From NCBI GenBank assembly GCA_964352155.1, contig CAYGRI010000001.1:1-63700 (forward strand): a DNA stretch of 63,700 bases, given 5' to 3'. Under the pieces are notes generated by a model. That model did not search any database, was not told the DNA's origin, and saw nothing but the letters and a program-made list of their open reading frames with translations. Shown here piece by piece: positions 18,024-27,158 of this stretch (its first letter is position 1; each line of letters starts with the position of its first letter). The position numbers and the translations under genes are program-made. This DNA comes from an uncultured Maritimibacter sp. Lineage in GTDB: Bacteria; Pseudomonadota; Alphaproteobacteria; Rhodobacterales; Rhodobacteraceae.

Positions 18024-19143
18024 GACCCACCCAGCCGCGACCGAAGGCCTGGGCCGCTGGCTGGAACGGGCGCTTCTGATCGCGCTCGCCGTGCTGGCGG
18101 CCTTTGCCATCGCCGCGGCGACGGGCGCGCGCTTTGGGCTGTTGTTCCTGATCGGGCTGGGTCTGGGCGCGGTGCTCGAGGGGTTGCGCTTTGGTTTTGC
18201 GGGGCCGTGGCGCGCGATGATCCTCCACCGCGATCCCAGAGGGTTGCTGGCGCAGTTGGTCGCCATCGCGCTGGTGGCCATCGTCGCCATTCCGCTGATC
18301 GCCGCCAACGGGGCCGAGCTGATCGGGGCCCATGCCCCGGTGGGCTTTGCGATGATCGGCGGAGCCTTTGTGTTTGGCGCGGCGATGCAGGTTGTGCTGG
18401 GCTGTGGCTCCGGCACTCTGGTCAATGCCGGAAGCGGCAATCCCGTGGGCCTGCTGGCCTTGCCGTTCTTTGCCATCGGCAGCTTTTTCGGCGCCTGGCA
18501 CCTGCCCTGGTGGACCGATCTGGGCACCCTGCCGGTCATGGTGTTCGACGGCTCCGGCGGCGTTGTCGTGACATTGGCCGGTCTGGCCGCCGTTGCCGCC
18601 CTGCTGCTGGGGCTGGCCCGGCCCGGCAAGCGCAGGATCCCCCGCCGCCTGTGGATCGCAGCCGCATTGGTCGCGGCGCTGGCGCTGGGCAATCTGGTGG
18701 TGGCGGGGCAGCCCTGGGGGGTGGTCTATGGCCTGGGCCTTTGGGCGGCGAAAGTGGCGCAGGCGGCGGGGGCCGACCTGTCCGCCTTGGCCTTCTGGGG
18801 CGCGGCGGTACATGTGGACCGGGTGCGAGAGACCTTGCTGACCGACACTACCTCGCTGACCAATCTTGGGCTGATCGCCGGGGCGTTCCTGGTGGCAGCG
18901 TGGCGGCACGGGTTCACGAGGCCGATCCCAAGCCTGCCGGCACGGGCCTGGGGGGCTGTCGTGATCGCCGGACTGCTGCTGGGCTATGCCTCTCGCCTCG
19001 CCTTTGGTTGCAATGTAGGGGCCTTCTTCAGCGGCGTGTCGACTGGCAGTCTTCACGGTTGGGTCTGGTTCCTGTTCGCTTTCGCCGGGTCCTGGGTAGG
19101 CCTCCGGCTGCGCCCCGCGCTGGGGCTGGAGCAACGCCCATGA
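18013..19143 (+). CDS. YeeE/YedE family sulfur-compound transporter
   Basis: FGAAMQVVLGCGSGTL and RLAFGCNVGAFFSG motifs; many TM helices; overlaps rhodanese stop. Confidence 0.88.
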   Translation: MPSETHPAATEGLGRWLERALLIALAVLAAFAIAAATGARFGLLFLIGLGLGAVLEGLRFGFAGPWRAMILHRDPRGLLAQLVAIALVAIVAIPLIAANGAELIGAHAPVGFAMIGGAFVFGAAMQVVLGCGSGTLVNAGSGNPVGLLALPFFAIGSFFGAWHLPWWTDLGTLPVMVFDGSGGVVVTLAGLAAVAALLLGLARPGKRRIPRRLWIAAALVAALALGNLVVAGQPWGVVYGLGLWAAKVAQAAGADLSALAFWGAAVHVDRVRETLLTDTTSLTNLGLIAGAFLVAAWRHGFTRPIPSLPARAWGAVVIAGLLLGYASRLAFGCNVGAFFSGVSTGSLHGWVWFLFAFAGSWVGLRLRPALGLEQRP

Positions 19144-19313
19144 CCCGGCGCGCGACGATGCTGGCGATTGCGCTGGCGGTGGGCGGGCTGATCCTGTTCG
19201 ACCTGTCGGTCAGTGTCAGGCCAAACCCGTTTCACGCGCCGCCCCTTCTGGCGCTGGGGTCCGGTCAGGCCGCGGGCGGAGCCCACTGCGCCGCACCTCC
19301 GCCGACGCGCTAG
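19140..19313 (+). CDS. Small (57 aa) membrane or secreted hypothetical protein
   Basis: ATGA overlap with the YeeE stop; MTRRATMLAIALAVGGLILFDLSV...GGAHCAAPPPTR. Confidence 0.55.
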   Translation: MTRRATMLAIALAVGGLILFDLSVSVRPNPFHAPPLLALGSGQAAGGAHCAAPPPTR

Positions 19314-19616
19314 GAAGCGAGGCGGGCAGAGCCACTCACCGCGTGCCGCCGCTCGACCGACGTGCCGGACTGGCCCTGGTCTTGGCGAGGCAAACCGGGC
19401 CAGAGATACCTGGGCAACCGGGGGCGCGCGCCAGGCCCCGCGCCGTCGCGCAACCTGTCTACGACCGGGTTCTGGGGCAAGGGCATCGGTCGCGCGTTGG
19501 GGGGCGGCGCGCAGCTTGTAGGTCTGGCGGTTGCAGACAGCATTGCTATTGTCGCATTTCTGCGTTCTTTCGGCGCAAAGCTGGAATTCCCCGGTCCGGA
19601 CATAAAGGACAGTCAC

Positions 19617-19976
19617 ATGCGCCAACGACTGAATACCCTCGCGGCCGTTACCTTGGCCCTTGGCCTGATGAGTGATCCCGCGCTGGCCCATTCGAAAAAA
19701 GAGGCGACCCAGCCACCCGATGGGGCCGCCCTTGCCGTCGCGCCAGATGTCATCGGAATGAGGTTCGATCTGCCGATGCGGATCACTGTGATCACGCTGA
19801 AAGACGCGAAGGGTGGGGAATACGCCTTGACCCGCACCGATGCTATGGCCCCCGTAACCACGTTTCAGGCGATCCCCGACGACCTGCCGCAGGGTCAGTT
19901 CACGATCGAATGGCGCGGCCTGTCGTCCGACGGGCACCCGATGGAGGAGCGGTTCTCTTTCGGGATCAAGGGCTGA
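19617..19976 (+). CDS. copC: Copper resistance protein CopC
   Basis: Signal peptide ALA followed by mature N-terminal His; WRGLSSDGHP Cu(II) motif; AAAGGA RBS. Confidence 0.9.
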   Translation: MRQRLNTLAAVTLALGLMSDPALAHSKKEATQPPDGAALAVAPDVIGMRFDLPMRITVITLKDAKGGEYALTRTDAMAPVTTFQAIPDDLPQGQFTIEWRGLSSDGHPMEERFSFGIKG

Positions 19977-19979
19977 TCC

Positions 19980-20936
19980 ATGATGCTGTCCGCGCTCGCC
20001 TCTGCCGACGGTTTTGTTTGGCTGTCGATCTGCGTCAAGGCGCTGGCCTATGCCGCCACGCTGGTCGCGGCGGGCAGCGCCTTGGTGCTGATCGGGCTGC
20101 GCAATCTGGACGAGGCCCTGACGCGCTACATGCGGCGCCTGGCGCTGGGGGCAGCCGTTCTGGCTGCGGTGGTTTCGCTGGCGCGGATCCCGATCCAGGC
20201 CAGTTTCCTGGCGGGCGGCACGCTGGACGGCGCGACTGATCCGATGCTGCTGGGACTTGTCGCGGACAGCCCGTTCGGCGCCAGCATCTATCTTCGTGTT
20301 GTCGGGCTGGGCCTGATCTGCGGGGCGATTGTGCCGCATCGGCTTGGCCTGTGGGGGGCGCTGGCGGGCGCGGCGGTGGCGTCGGGCTCTTTCGCGTTCC
20401 GGGGCCATGCGCTGGAAGAGCCGCGCGTGCTGCTGGGCGGGATGATCACCCTGCACATGATGGGGCTGGCGTTCTGGATCGGCGCCTTTGCCCCGCTGCA
20501 CCGGGCCGCGCGGAGTGGGGATCCGGAGGCTGCCGGCGCCCTGGCGCATGAGTTCGGGCAAAAGGCCCTGTGGACCGTGGCCGCCCTGTTCATCGCCGGC
20601 GGGGTAACCCTGGTGATCCTGACCGGCGGATCGCCATTGGCGTTCTTCAGCCCCTACGGCCAGTTCTTTGCGCTCAAGCTTGTCGTGTTCCTGGGGGTTC
20701 TGGGCTTGGCGGGGCTGAACAAGCTGTCCCTAACCCCGGCCCTGAACCGGGAGGAGGCCCGGGCCGGTTCGCGCCTGCGCCGGTCCATCCGGCTGGAGGC
20801 GGGGCTGGTGGCGCTGATCCTGCTGGTCACAGCCGCGCTGACCACCCTGACCAGCCCGCCGCGCGAAGAGCCTGCGTCGAACGCCTATGTCGCCGCCACG
20901 CCGCGTTGTCCGGTTTGCGCAACGGGCGCGGGCTGA
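19980..20936 (+). CDS. copD: Copper resistance protein CopD family membrane protein
   Basis: FRGHA, LHMMGLAFWIG, SPYGQFFALKL, LAGLNKL; directly downstream of copC. Confidence 0.85.
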   Translation: MMLSALASADGFVWLSICVKALAYAATLVAAGSALVLIGLRNLDEALTRYMRRLALGAAVLAAVVSLARIPIQASFLAGGTLDGATDPMLLGLVADSPFGASIYLRVVGLGLICGAIVPHRLGLWGALAGAAVASGSFAFRGHALEEPRVLLGGMITLHMMGLAFWIGAFAPLHRAARSGDPEAAGALAHEFGQKALWTVAALFIAGGVTLVILTGGSPLAFFSPYGQFFALKLVVFLGVLGLAGLNKLSLTPALNREEARAGSRLRRSIRLEAGLVALILLVTAALTTLTSPPREEPASNAYVAATPRCPVCATGAG

Positions 20937-21269
20937 GCGGGGCAGAGACCCGGGCCCGTCAAGGGCATGCGTGCTGCCGCCTGTGTCCCTTGGCCGCGAA
21001 AGCCCCGAGATGGTGACAATGCTTGGCGCGGGCGACAGATCCACCGGTCCGTGGGCCCAAGCGGCGGCGTTCGGCCCGGTCTTCGCCAGCGGGGGGGGGA
21101 GGGCGCAAGGCCTCACGGTCAGTTGACACAGGGTCATCATTTGTTCAGACCATCTGACCTGAATTTGCGATACATCGTCGCGAAACCCCCGCCAAGGCAG
21201 GCGGTGAGGGTGCAGATCGGACGGAGGGGCGGATTTGGACGGGACCACATTGCAGGCTGCGGCCCAGGC

Positions 21270-21893
21270 ATGATTGACGCGGCCGTGCTGCCCCTGCAGC
21301 GCCGCCTGCTGGAGGCGCCTGCGCACAGGCTTGTGGCCCTGGGGATCGGGGCCGATCAGATCACGGTCGCGGGCTTTGTGCTGGGGGCTCTGGCGCTGCC
21401 GGCGCTTGCCTTCGGGCTTTATGGGCTGGCCTTGGCGCTGATCGTGGTGAACCGGCTGATGGACGGGCTTGACGGCGCCGTGGCGCGGCTGACCGGGCCG
21501 ACCGACCGGGGCGCTTTCCTCGATATCGCGCTGGATTTCGTGTTCTACGCGCTGGTGCCGCTTGGCTTTGCCCTGACCGATCCAGCGCAGAACGCCCTGC
21601 CCGCCGCCATCCTGATCGCAGCCTTCGTAGGCACGGGGTCGTCCTTTCTGGCCTTCGCGGCGATTGCGACCAAACTCGGGATCAGGTCCGCGAACTACCC
21701 GTCCAAAGGGATCTATTACCTTGGCGGCTTGACCGAAGGGGCCGAGACGATTGCCCTGTTTGTGCTCATGTGCCTGGTGCCGGGCCTGTTTCCGGTCTTG
21801 TCCTATGTCTTTGCGGCGGCCTGCACCGTCACCACCCTGATGCGCTGGTGGCAAGGCTGGGTCGCCTTGTCACCCGACGCGAAAAACCGCTAG
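21270..21893 (+). CDS. CDP-alcohol phosphatidyltransferase family protein (YnjF-like)
   Basis: NRLMDGLDGAVAR...GAFLDIALD signature; GGLTEGAETI. Confidence 0.88.
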   Translation: MIDAAVLPLQRRLLEAPAHRLVALGIGADQITVAGFVLGALALPALAFGLYGLALALIVVNRLMDGLDGAVARLTGPTDRGAFLDIALDFVFYALVPLGFALTDPAQNALPAAILIAAFVGTGSSFLAFAAIATKLGIRSANYPSKGIYYLGGLTEGAETIALFVLMCLVPGLFPVLSYVFAAACTVTTLMRWWQGWVALSPDAKNR

Positions 21894-21952
21894 GCGGTAG
21901 ACCGAACGCCGCCGCTGCCAATCAACGGCCGGAACAACTTCACGGAGCCCAC

Positions 21953-23140
21953 ATGCGCCTGCCCTCCCTCCTATCGCTTGTCACAGCCCTTGCCGCTACA
22001 CCAGCCCTCGCCGATTGGCAGGCGACGCTGGAGGCGGCGCGGGGGCAGACCGTTTATTGGAACGCCTGGGGCGGGGATGCGCGGACGAATGCCTTCATAG
22101 CCTGGGTGGGCGAACAGACAGAGGATCGGTACGGGGTGTCCGTCGAACAGGTGCGTCTGACCGACACGGCAGAGGCGGTGACCCGCGTGATCTCGGAACG
22201 CGCGGCGGGTCAGGATGCGGGCGGGTCGGTGGATCTTATCTGGATCAACGGGCCGAACTTTCTGGCGATGCGGGATCAGGATCTGCTGTTCGGCCCCTTT
22301 GTCGCGGGTCTGCCCAATGCGCGCTATGTGGATCTGTCGCCGGGGGCGCCGGCGGCGCTGGATTTCACGACGCTGGTGGAGGGGATGGAAAGCCCCTGGC
22401 GGCTGGCGAAGTTCGTGTTCACCTATGACAGCGCGCGGGTCGACAGCCCGCCGCGGACGATGGCCGGTTTCGTCGATTGGGCCGCGGCGCATCCCGGCCG
22501 CTTCACCCATCCCGACCCGTCGAATTTCATGGGGGCGACCTTTCTTAAACAGGCGCTGGTCCAGCTTGCGCCCGATCCTTCGGCGCTGCTGTCACCGGTG
22601 ACAGAGGCCGCTTTTGCAGCACAGACCGCGCCGCTTTGGGATTGGTACGAGGCGCTGCGTCCGAACATGTGGCGCGGCGGCACGGCCTTTCCGGCAAACG
22701 AAAGTGTCCAGCAGCAGCTATTGAACGATGGCGAGGTCGATATCGCCATGTCCTTCGATCCGGCCTCCACCGCCGCCGCCATCGCGCAGGGGCTGCTGCC
22801 CGACACGGCGCGGGTCTTTGTGCCCGAGGGCGGGACGATCGGCAATGTCAGCTTCGTCGCGATCCCCTACAACGCGGCCAATGCCGAGGGGGCGCAGGTC
22901 GTGGCGAACTTCCTGCTGGATCCGGCGACCCAGGCGCGGATGCAGAACATCGAAGTGCTTGGCTCGTTCTCGGTGCTCGACCCAGCGCGGCTGGATGACG
23001 CGGCCCGCGCCGCTTTTGCCGCGCTGCCCACGGCCCCGGCCTTGCCGACGCTGGAAGAGCTGGGCCCGACCCTGCCAGAACCTCATGCCAGCTGGATGAC
23101 CCGCCTGACGGAGGAATGGGCGCGGCGCTACACCCGGTGA
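21953..23140 (+). CDS. ABC transporter substrate-binding protein (YnjB-like)
   Basis: Signal peptide; ARGQTVYWNAWGG, GSVDLIWINGPNF, NFMGATFLKQ, EPHASW. Confidence 0.88.
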   Translation: MRLPSLLSLVTALAATPALADWQATLEAARGQTVYWNAWGGDARTNAFIAWVGEQTEDRYGVSVEQVRLTDTAEAVTRVISERAAGQDAGGSVDLIWINGPNFLAMRDQDLLFGPFVAGLPNARYVDLSPGAPAALDFTTLVEGMESPWRLAKFVFTYDSARVDSPPRTMAGFVDWAAAHPGRFTHPDPSNFMGATFLKQALVQLAPDPSALLSPVTEAAFAAQTAPLWDWYEALRPNMWRGGTAFPANESVQQQLLNDGEVDIAMSFDPASTAAAIAQGLLPDTARVFVPEGGTIGNVSFVAIPYNAANAEGAQVVANFLLDPATQARMQNIEVLGSFSVLDPARLDDAARAAFAALPTAPALPTLEELGPTLPEPHASWMTRLTEEWARRYTR

Positions 23141-24852
23141 CGGGGGTGCAAGCCGATGGCCGCGTCCTGCGCGGGGTCGTTCTGGCCTCGGTCGGGATCG
23201 GCCTTGTCCTGCCCATTGCCGCCGGGCTGTGGCAGACGGGGCGGGCCGGCCTGGGCGTTCTGCCCGCCATCGGCGCGACAGAGCTGTCACTGGCCCCACT
23301 GCGCGCGCTGCTGGACGTGCCGGGCTTTGCCACGGCGGTTCGGCTGACGCTGGTGACGGGCATCGGGGCGACTCTGCTGTCGCTGGCCCTGGCGATTGGC
23401 GTCTGCGCGACGGTGCACGGGCGGATGTCGGCGCGGGCGGGCGGGCGGTTGCTGACCCCGTTTCTGGCGGCGCCCCATGCGGCAATGGCCATCGGGATGG
23501 CGTTTCTGCTGGCGCCCTCGGGCTGGATCGCGCGCGGGCTGGCGCCGCTGCTGGGCTGGGACCGGCCGCCGATGCTGGCAAGCGTCCACGATCCCGCGGG
23601 GCTGGCGCTGCTGGCGGGGCTTGTGGTCAAGGAGCTGCCGTTTCTACTGCTGGTGACCCTGTCGGCCCTCAGCCAGATCCCGGTGCGCCAGCATCTGGCG
23701 GCGGGGCGGTCGCTGGGTTATGCGCGCGGCATTGTCTGGATCAAGGTGATCATGCCGCAGGTCTGGCCGCTGATCCGGCTGCCGGTGATGGTGGTGCTGG
23801 CCTATTCCCTGTCGGTCGTGGACATGGCCTTGATCCTTGGCCCGTCCACCCCGCCAACCCTTGCGGTGCTTCTGCTCCGCCTGTTCTCATCGCCGGACAC
23901 GGGGATGCTGTTGCCAGCCTCGGCGGGCGCATTGGTTCAGGGGGGGCTGGTGGCGCTGGCCTTTGCCGCCTTGATCGCGCTGGAACGGGTGGGCCGCGCC
24001 ATCGGGCTGTGGTGGCTGCGGCGGGGCGGGCGCGGCCTGTCCGCCGAGCCGGGCTTGTGGCTCGCGACCGGGCTGGCGGCCCTGCTGTTCGCGGCGGGGG
24101 CGCTGGCGATGGTGTCGCTTGTGCTCTGGTCGCTGGCCTGGCGTTGGCCTTGGCCAAACGTTCTGCCGCAAAGCTGGTCACTGCGGACCTGGTCGACCCC
24201 CGCCGCAGGCTGGGCCGATGCGCTGGCCAACACGCTGGTGCTGGCCGCGATCAGCGCCGCCCTGTCGCTGACACTCGCCATCGCCTGGCTGGAGGGCGAA
24301 GACCGCGCCCGCCGCGGGCGCGCGCGCTGGGCCGAGGCGTTGATCTATCTGCCGCTGCTGGTGCCCCAGATCGGCTTTCTGTTCGGGCTGAACGTGCTGT
24401 TTCTGCGCATCGGCCTGTCCGGAGGCTACCTCGCTGTGATCTGGGCGCAGGCGCTGTTCGTCTTTCCCTATGTCATGATCGCTCTATCGGACCCCTGGCG
24501 TGCGCTTGACCCGCGCCTGCCCCGGGCGGCGGCGGCGCTTGGTGCGGGGCCGTGGCGGCGCTTGTGGCGGGTCAAGCTGCCGGTGCTGCTGACCCCGATC
24601 CTGACCGCCGCGGCCATCGGCCTTGCGGTGTCCGTTGCGCAATACCTGCCCACACTGTTCATGGGCGCCGGGCGGATCGCCACCCTGACCACCGAGGCAG
24701 TGACGCTGTCCTCCTCCTCTGACCGGCGGGTGACGGGGGTCTATGCGACGTTGCAGGCGGGCCTGCCCTTTGCCGCCTATCTGGCGGCCCTGCTGATCCC
24801 CGCGCTGGTCCACCGCAACCGCCGTGATCTTCTGGGAGAGGCCGGGGCATGA
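23137..24852 (+). CDS. ABC transporter permease with two TM domains (YnjC-like)
   Basis: PHAAMAIG, KELPFLL, SVVDMALILGP, two EAA-like loops, SVAQYLPT. Confidence 0.87.
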   Translation: MTGVQADGRVLRGVVLASVGIGLVLPIAAGLWQTGRAGLGVLPAIGATELSLAPLRALLDVPGFATAVRLTLVTGIGATLLSLALAIGVCATVHGRMSARAGGRLLTPFLAAPHAAMAIGMAFLLAPSGWIARGLAPLLGWDRPPMLASVHDPAGLALLAGLVVKELPFLLLVTLSALSQIPVRQHLAAGRSLGYARGIVWIKVIMPQVWPLIRLPVMVVLAYSLSVVDMALILGPSTPPTLAVLLLRLFSSPDTGMLLPASAGALVQGGLVALAFAALIALERVGRAIGLWWLRRGGRGLSAEPGLWLATGLAALLFAAGALAMVSLVLWSLAWRWPWPNVLPQSWSLRTWSTPAAGWADALANTLVLAAISAALSLTLAIAWLEGEDRARRGRARWAEALIYLPLLVPQIGFLFGLNVLFLRIGLSGGYLAVIWAQALFVFPYVMIALSDPWRALDPRLPRAAAALGAGPWRRLWRVKLPVLLTPILTAAAIGLAVSVAQYLPTLFMGAGRIATLTTEAVTLSSSSDRRVTGVYATLQAGLPFAAYLAALLIPALVHRNRRDLLGEAGA

Positions 24853-25490
24853 CATTGGTGATCGAAGGCCTGACCGTGCGTCTGAAATCCGCGCCACCGC
24901 TGTTTCCGCCGCTTGACCTGAGCGTGGCGCCCGGGCGCGTGGCGAGTGTCATGGGGCCGTCGGGCGCGGGGAAATCCACCCTGTTGGACGCAGTCGGGGG
25001 GCATCTGGCCCATGGCTTCACCCTTGCGGGGCGGGTGATGCTGGGGGGCGAGGATGTGACCCGGCTCCCGGCGGAGGCGCGGCGCATCGGGTTCGTGTTC
25101 CAGGACGCTGTCCTGTTTCCGCATCTGTCGGTGGGCGACAATCTGGCCTTTGGTCTGCCCGCCAGCTTGCGGGGCCGTGGCACGCGCCGGGCGGCGGTCG
25201 ATAGCGCCCTGGCCGCCGCCGGTCTGGCGGGCCTTCATGATCGCGATCCGGCCACTCTGTCAGGCGGGCAACGGGCGCGCGCGGCGCTGATGCGGACGCT
25301 TTTGGCGGAGCCCAGGGCGCTGTTGCTGGACGAGCCGTTCTCCAAGCTGGACGCTGCGCTGCAGGCCGAGATGCGGGCCTTCACCTTCGCTCATGTCCGC
25401 GACCGGGGCATCCCGGCGCTGATGGTCACCCACGATCCCGTCGATGCGGAGGCCGCCTGTGGCCCGGCCATCGCCCTTGGTCCGACATAG
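24849..25490 (+). CDS. ABC transporter ATP-binding protein (YnjD-like)
   Basis: GPSGAGKST Walker A, LSGGQ signature, LLLDEPF, VTHD. Confidence 0.92.
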   Translation: MTLVIEGLTVRLKSAPPLFPPLDLSVAPGRVASVMGPSGAGKSTLLDAVGGHLAHGFTLAGRVMLGGEDVTRLPAEARRIGFVFQDAVLFPHLSVGDNLAFGLPASLRGRGTRRAAVDSALAAAGLAGLHDRDPATLSGGQRARAALMRTLLAEPRALLLDEPFSKLDAALQAEMRAFTFAHVRDRGIPALMVTHDPVDAEAACGPAIALGPT

Positions 25491-25661
25491 CCGCGCCCCA
25501 CAGCCAGCGTCGGGGCGATACCTTGCCTATGTCGTGGTGCAAGGTCTGCTTTCCGTGGCTCCAGTGGCGCCTCACCCACCGAAGAACCGGCTGACGTAAG
25601 ATGCGCGTCGCCTTCCCCTGGCTACGATGTACCATCGGGCGGCGAGATCTGATGCAAAAAT

Positions 25662-26618
25662 CTACCGCAAGCGGAGGCCTGACCCATCTGCGGCAAGGGG
25701 CCCGAGACGCGCCTCCAGATCGGCCCGATCCTTTTTTGCGGCGGCCTGTGCCCACGACTGGAATGCGTCGACCTTCGGTGTCTTCCATCCATCCCGCTGC
25801 CCGATCAGGCACACCCCGCCAAAGGGCGAAACGCATATCCTATCTGCGAAGGGCGCCACAAGGGCGCCGGCCTCTAGTTCCTCTCGGCACAGGACAAGGT
25901 CGGCCATGACAAAGCCGGCGCCCATCACCGCCGCTTTGACCGCCATGTCGAGGTTCGGAAAATCCTGTGCCATGGCCCGGTCTATTCCACGTGGCGCAAA
26001 GGCGTTCTGCCATGCGGTCCAATCCGCGCGGCGGGGCGTCTCGTGCAGCAGCTCACAAGTGGCCATGTCGTCGGGCGAGTCCAGCGGATGCTCTGCCAGA
26101 TAGCCGGGGGAACAGGCCGGGGTCAGAAGAACGGGAAACAGCGGCCTGACCTCAATGTCGCCCGCCCGGTTCGGCCAATGCTCAACCGAAAAGCCGATAT
26201 CGTATTCGGCCGGGTCATAGCCCATGTCGGAATGGAAGTCGGTGGTGAGCCGAAGCCGGATGTCCGGATGCAGGCTGCGAAACGCACTCAGCCGTGGCAG
26301 CAGCCAGCGGATAGAGGTCGCGGGCGGGCAGATGATGCGCAGATCGGCGGCGCCGGTTGTGATACGGTCGGTTTCTCGGCCGATCATGGCAAACGCCTCT
26401 GCCAGAGTCTCCTGCAGGCGCTTGCCTGCTTCTGTCAGGCGCACCCCCTGCGACTGTCGCAGGAACAGCGGGACGCCCAGATGCGCCTCCAGCAGCTTTA
26501 CATGCCGGCTGATCGCGCCACGGGTCACATGCAATTCATCGGACGCGCCGATGAAACCGCCGTGTCGCGCGGCGGCCTCGAAGGCCTTCAAAGCGTTGAG
26601 CGGGGGGAGTCGCGACAT
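25662..26618 (-). CDS. LysR family transcriptional regulator (GcvA-like)
   Basis: RLPPLNALKAFEAAARH...ELHVTRGAISRHVKLLE HTH; WLLPRL. Confidence 0.93.
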   Translation of the reverse strand: MSRLPPLNALKAFEAAARHGGFIGASDELHVTRGAISRHVKLLEAHLGVPLFLRQSQGVRLTEAGKRLQETLAEAFAMIGRETDRITTGAADLRIICPPATSIRWLLPRLSAFRSLHPDIRLRLTTDFHSDMGYDPAEYDIGFSVEHWPNRAGDIEVRPLFPVLLTPACSPGYLAEHPLDSPDDMATCELLHETPRRADWTAWQNAFAPRGIDRAMAQDFPNLDMAVKAAVMGAGFVMADLVLCREELEAGALVAPFADRICVSPFGGVCLIGQRDGWKTPKVDAFQSWAQAAAKKDRADLEARLGPLAADGSGLRLR

Positions 26619-26622
26619 GGCT

Positions 26623-26662
26623 ATTGGATCAGATTTCCTAATCCAATCGTTGCGGAAATCTG
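26623..26662. promoter_or_regulatory. LysR operator (T-N11-A dyad) in the divergent intergenic region
   Basis: ATTGGAT-CAGATTTCCTA-ATCCAAT (26623-26647); also CAGATTTCC (26630-26638) / GGAAATCTG (26654-26662) inverted pair. Confidence 0.7.
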
Positions 26663-26723
26663 GTTTGCACGCAAGGGCCCTTGTTCGGTATTCCAAACAC
26701 AGTCTTCAAAAAGGACCGATCAA

Positions 26724-27026
26724 ATGTCCACAACCGTTGAAACGTCGCACGTCTCCGTCAGCCACCTCCTGCTCAAGATGATCAGGAAAGCTATCCCTTA
26801 CCGCCGCACGTTCAATTCGGACGACCAGCTTTGCCACGACCTTGAACGGCTTGCAAAGCTGTCCCCACATTTGCTGGCGGATCTGGGATTTGAGCGTGAA
26901 CGGGCGGTGCCCCACGGTACATCCGAGTGGCGGAAGGATCAGATGGTGGTCACGCGGCAGACCGAGCCCGCAGCGGTTGCCGTCCGGGCCATCGTCGGGC
27001 TGGCGAGGCCTTCTGGTGCGCGTTGA
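26724..27026 (+). CDS. Small protein with a DUF1127-like motif
   Basis: AAAGGA RBS; LERLAKLSPHLLADLGF resembles the DUF1127 LxxLsxhxLxDlG core; divergent from LysR. Confidence 0.6.
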   Translation: MSTTVETSHVSVSHLLLKMIRKAIPYRRTFNSDDQLCHDLERLAKLSPHLLADLGFERERAVPHGTSEWRKDQMVVTRQTEPAAVAVRAIVGLARPSGAR

Positions 27027-27158
27027 TGGAGCGCAGGCAGCCACCATGGGCACCGCCACGGCCCGACGGTTCGGCGGAAACCCCATCAAGGGTGCAGAGG
27101 GCCGCCCAAACGCTGTCATGCGGGTAGAAGAATCGAGGAGACAAGGTTGAAAAGGGGT

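Noticed and set aside
27027-27158. CcsR/cuckoo sRNA repeats after the DUF1127-like gene
   Set aside because: No CCTCCTCCC-loop hairpin repeats seen
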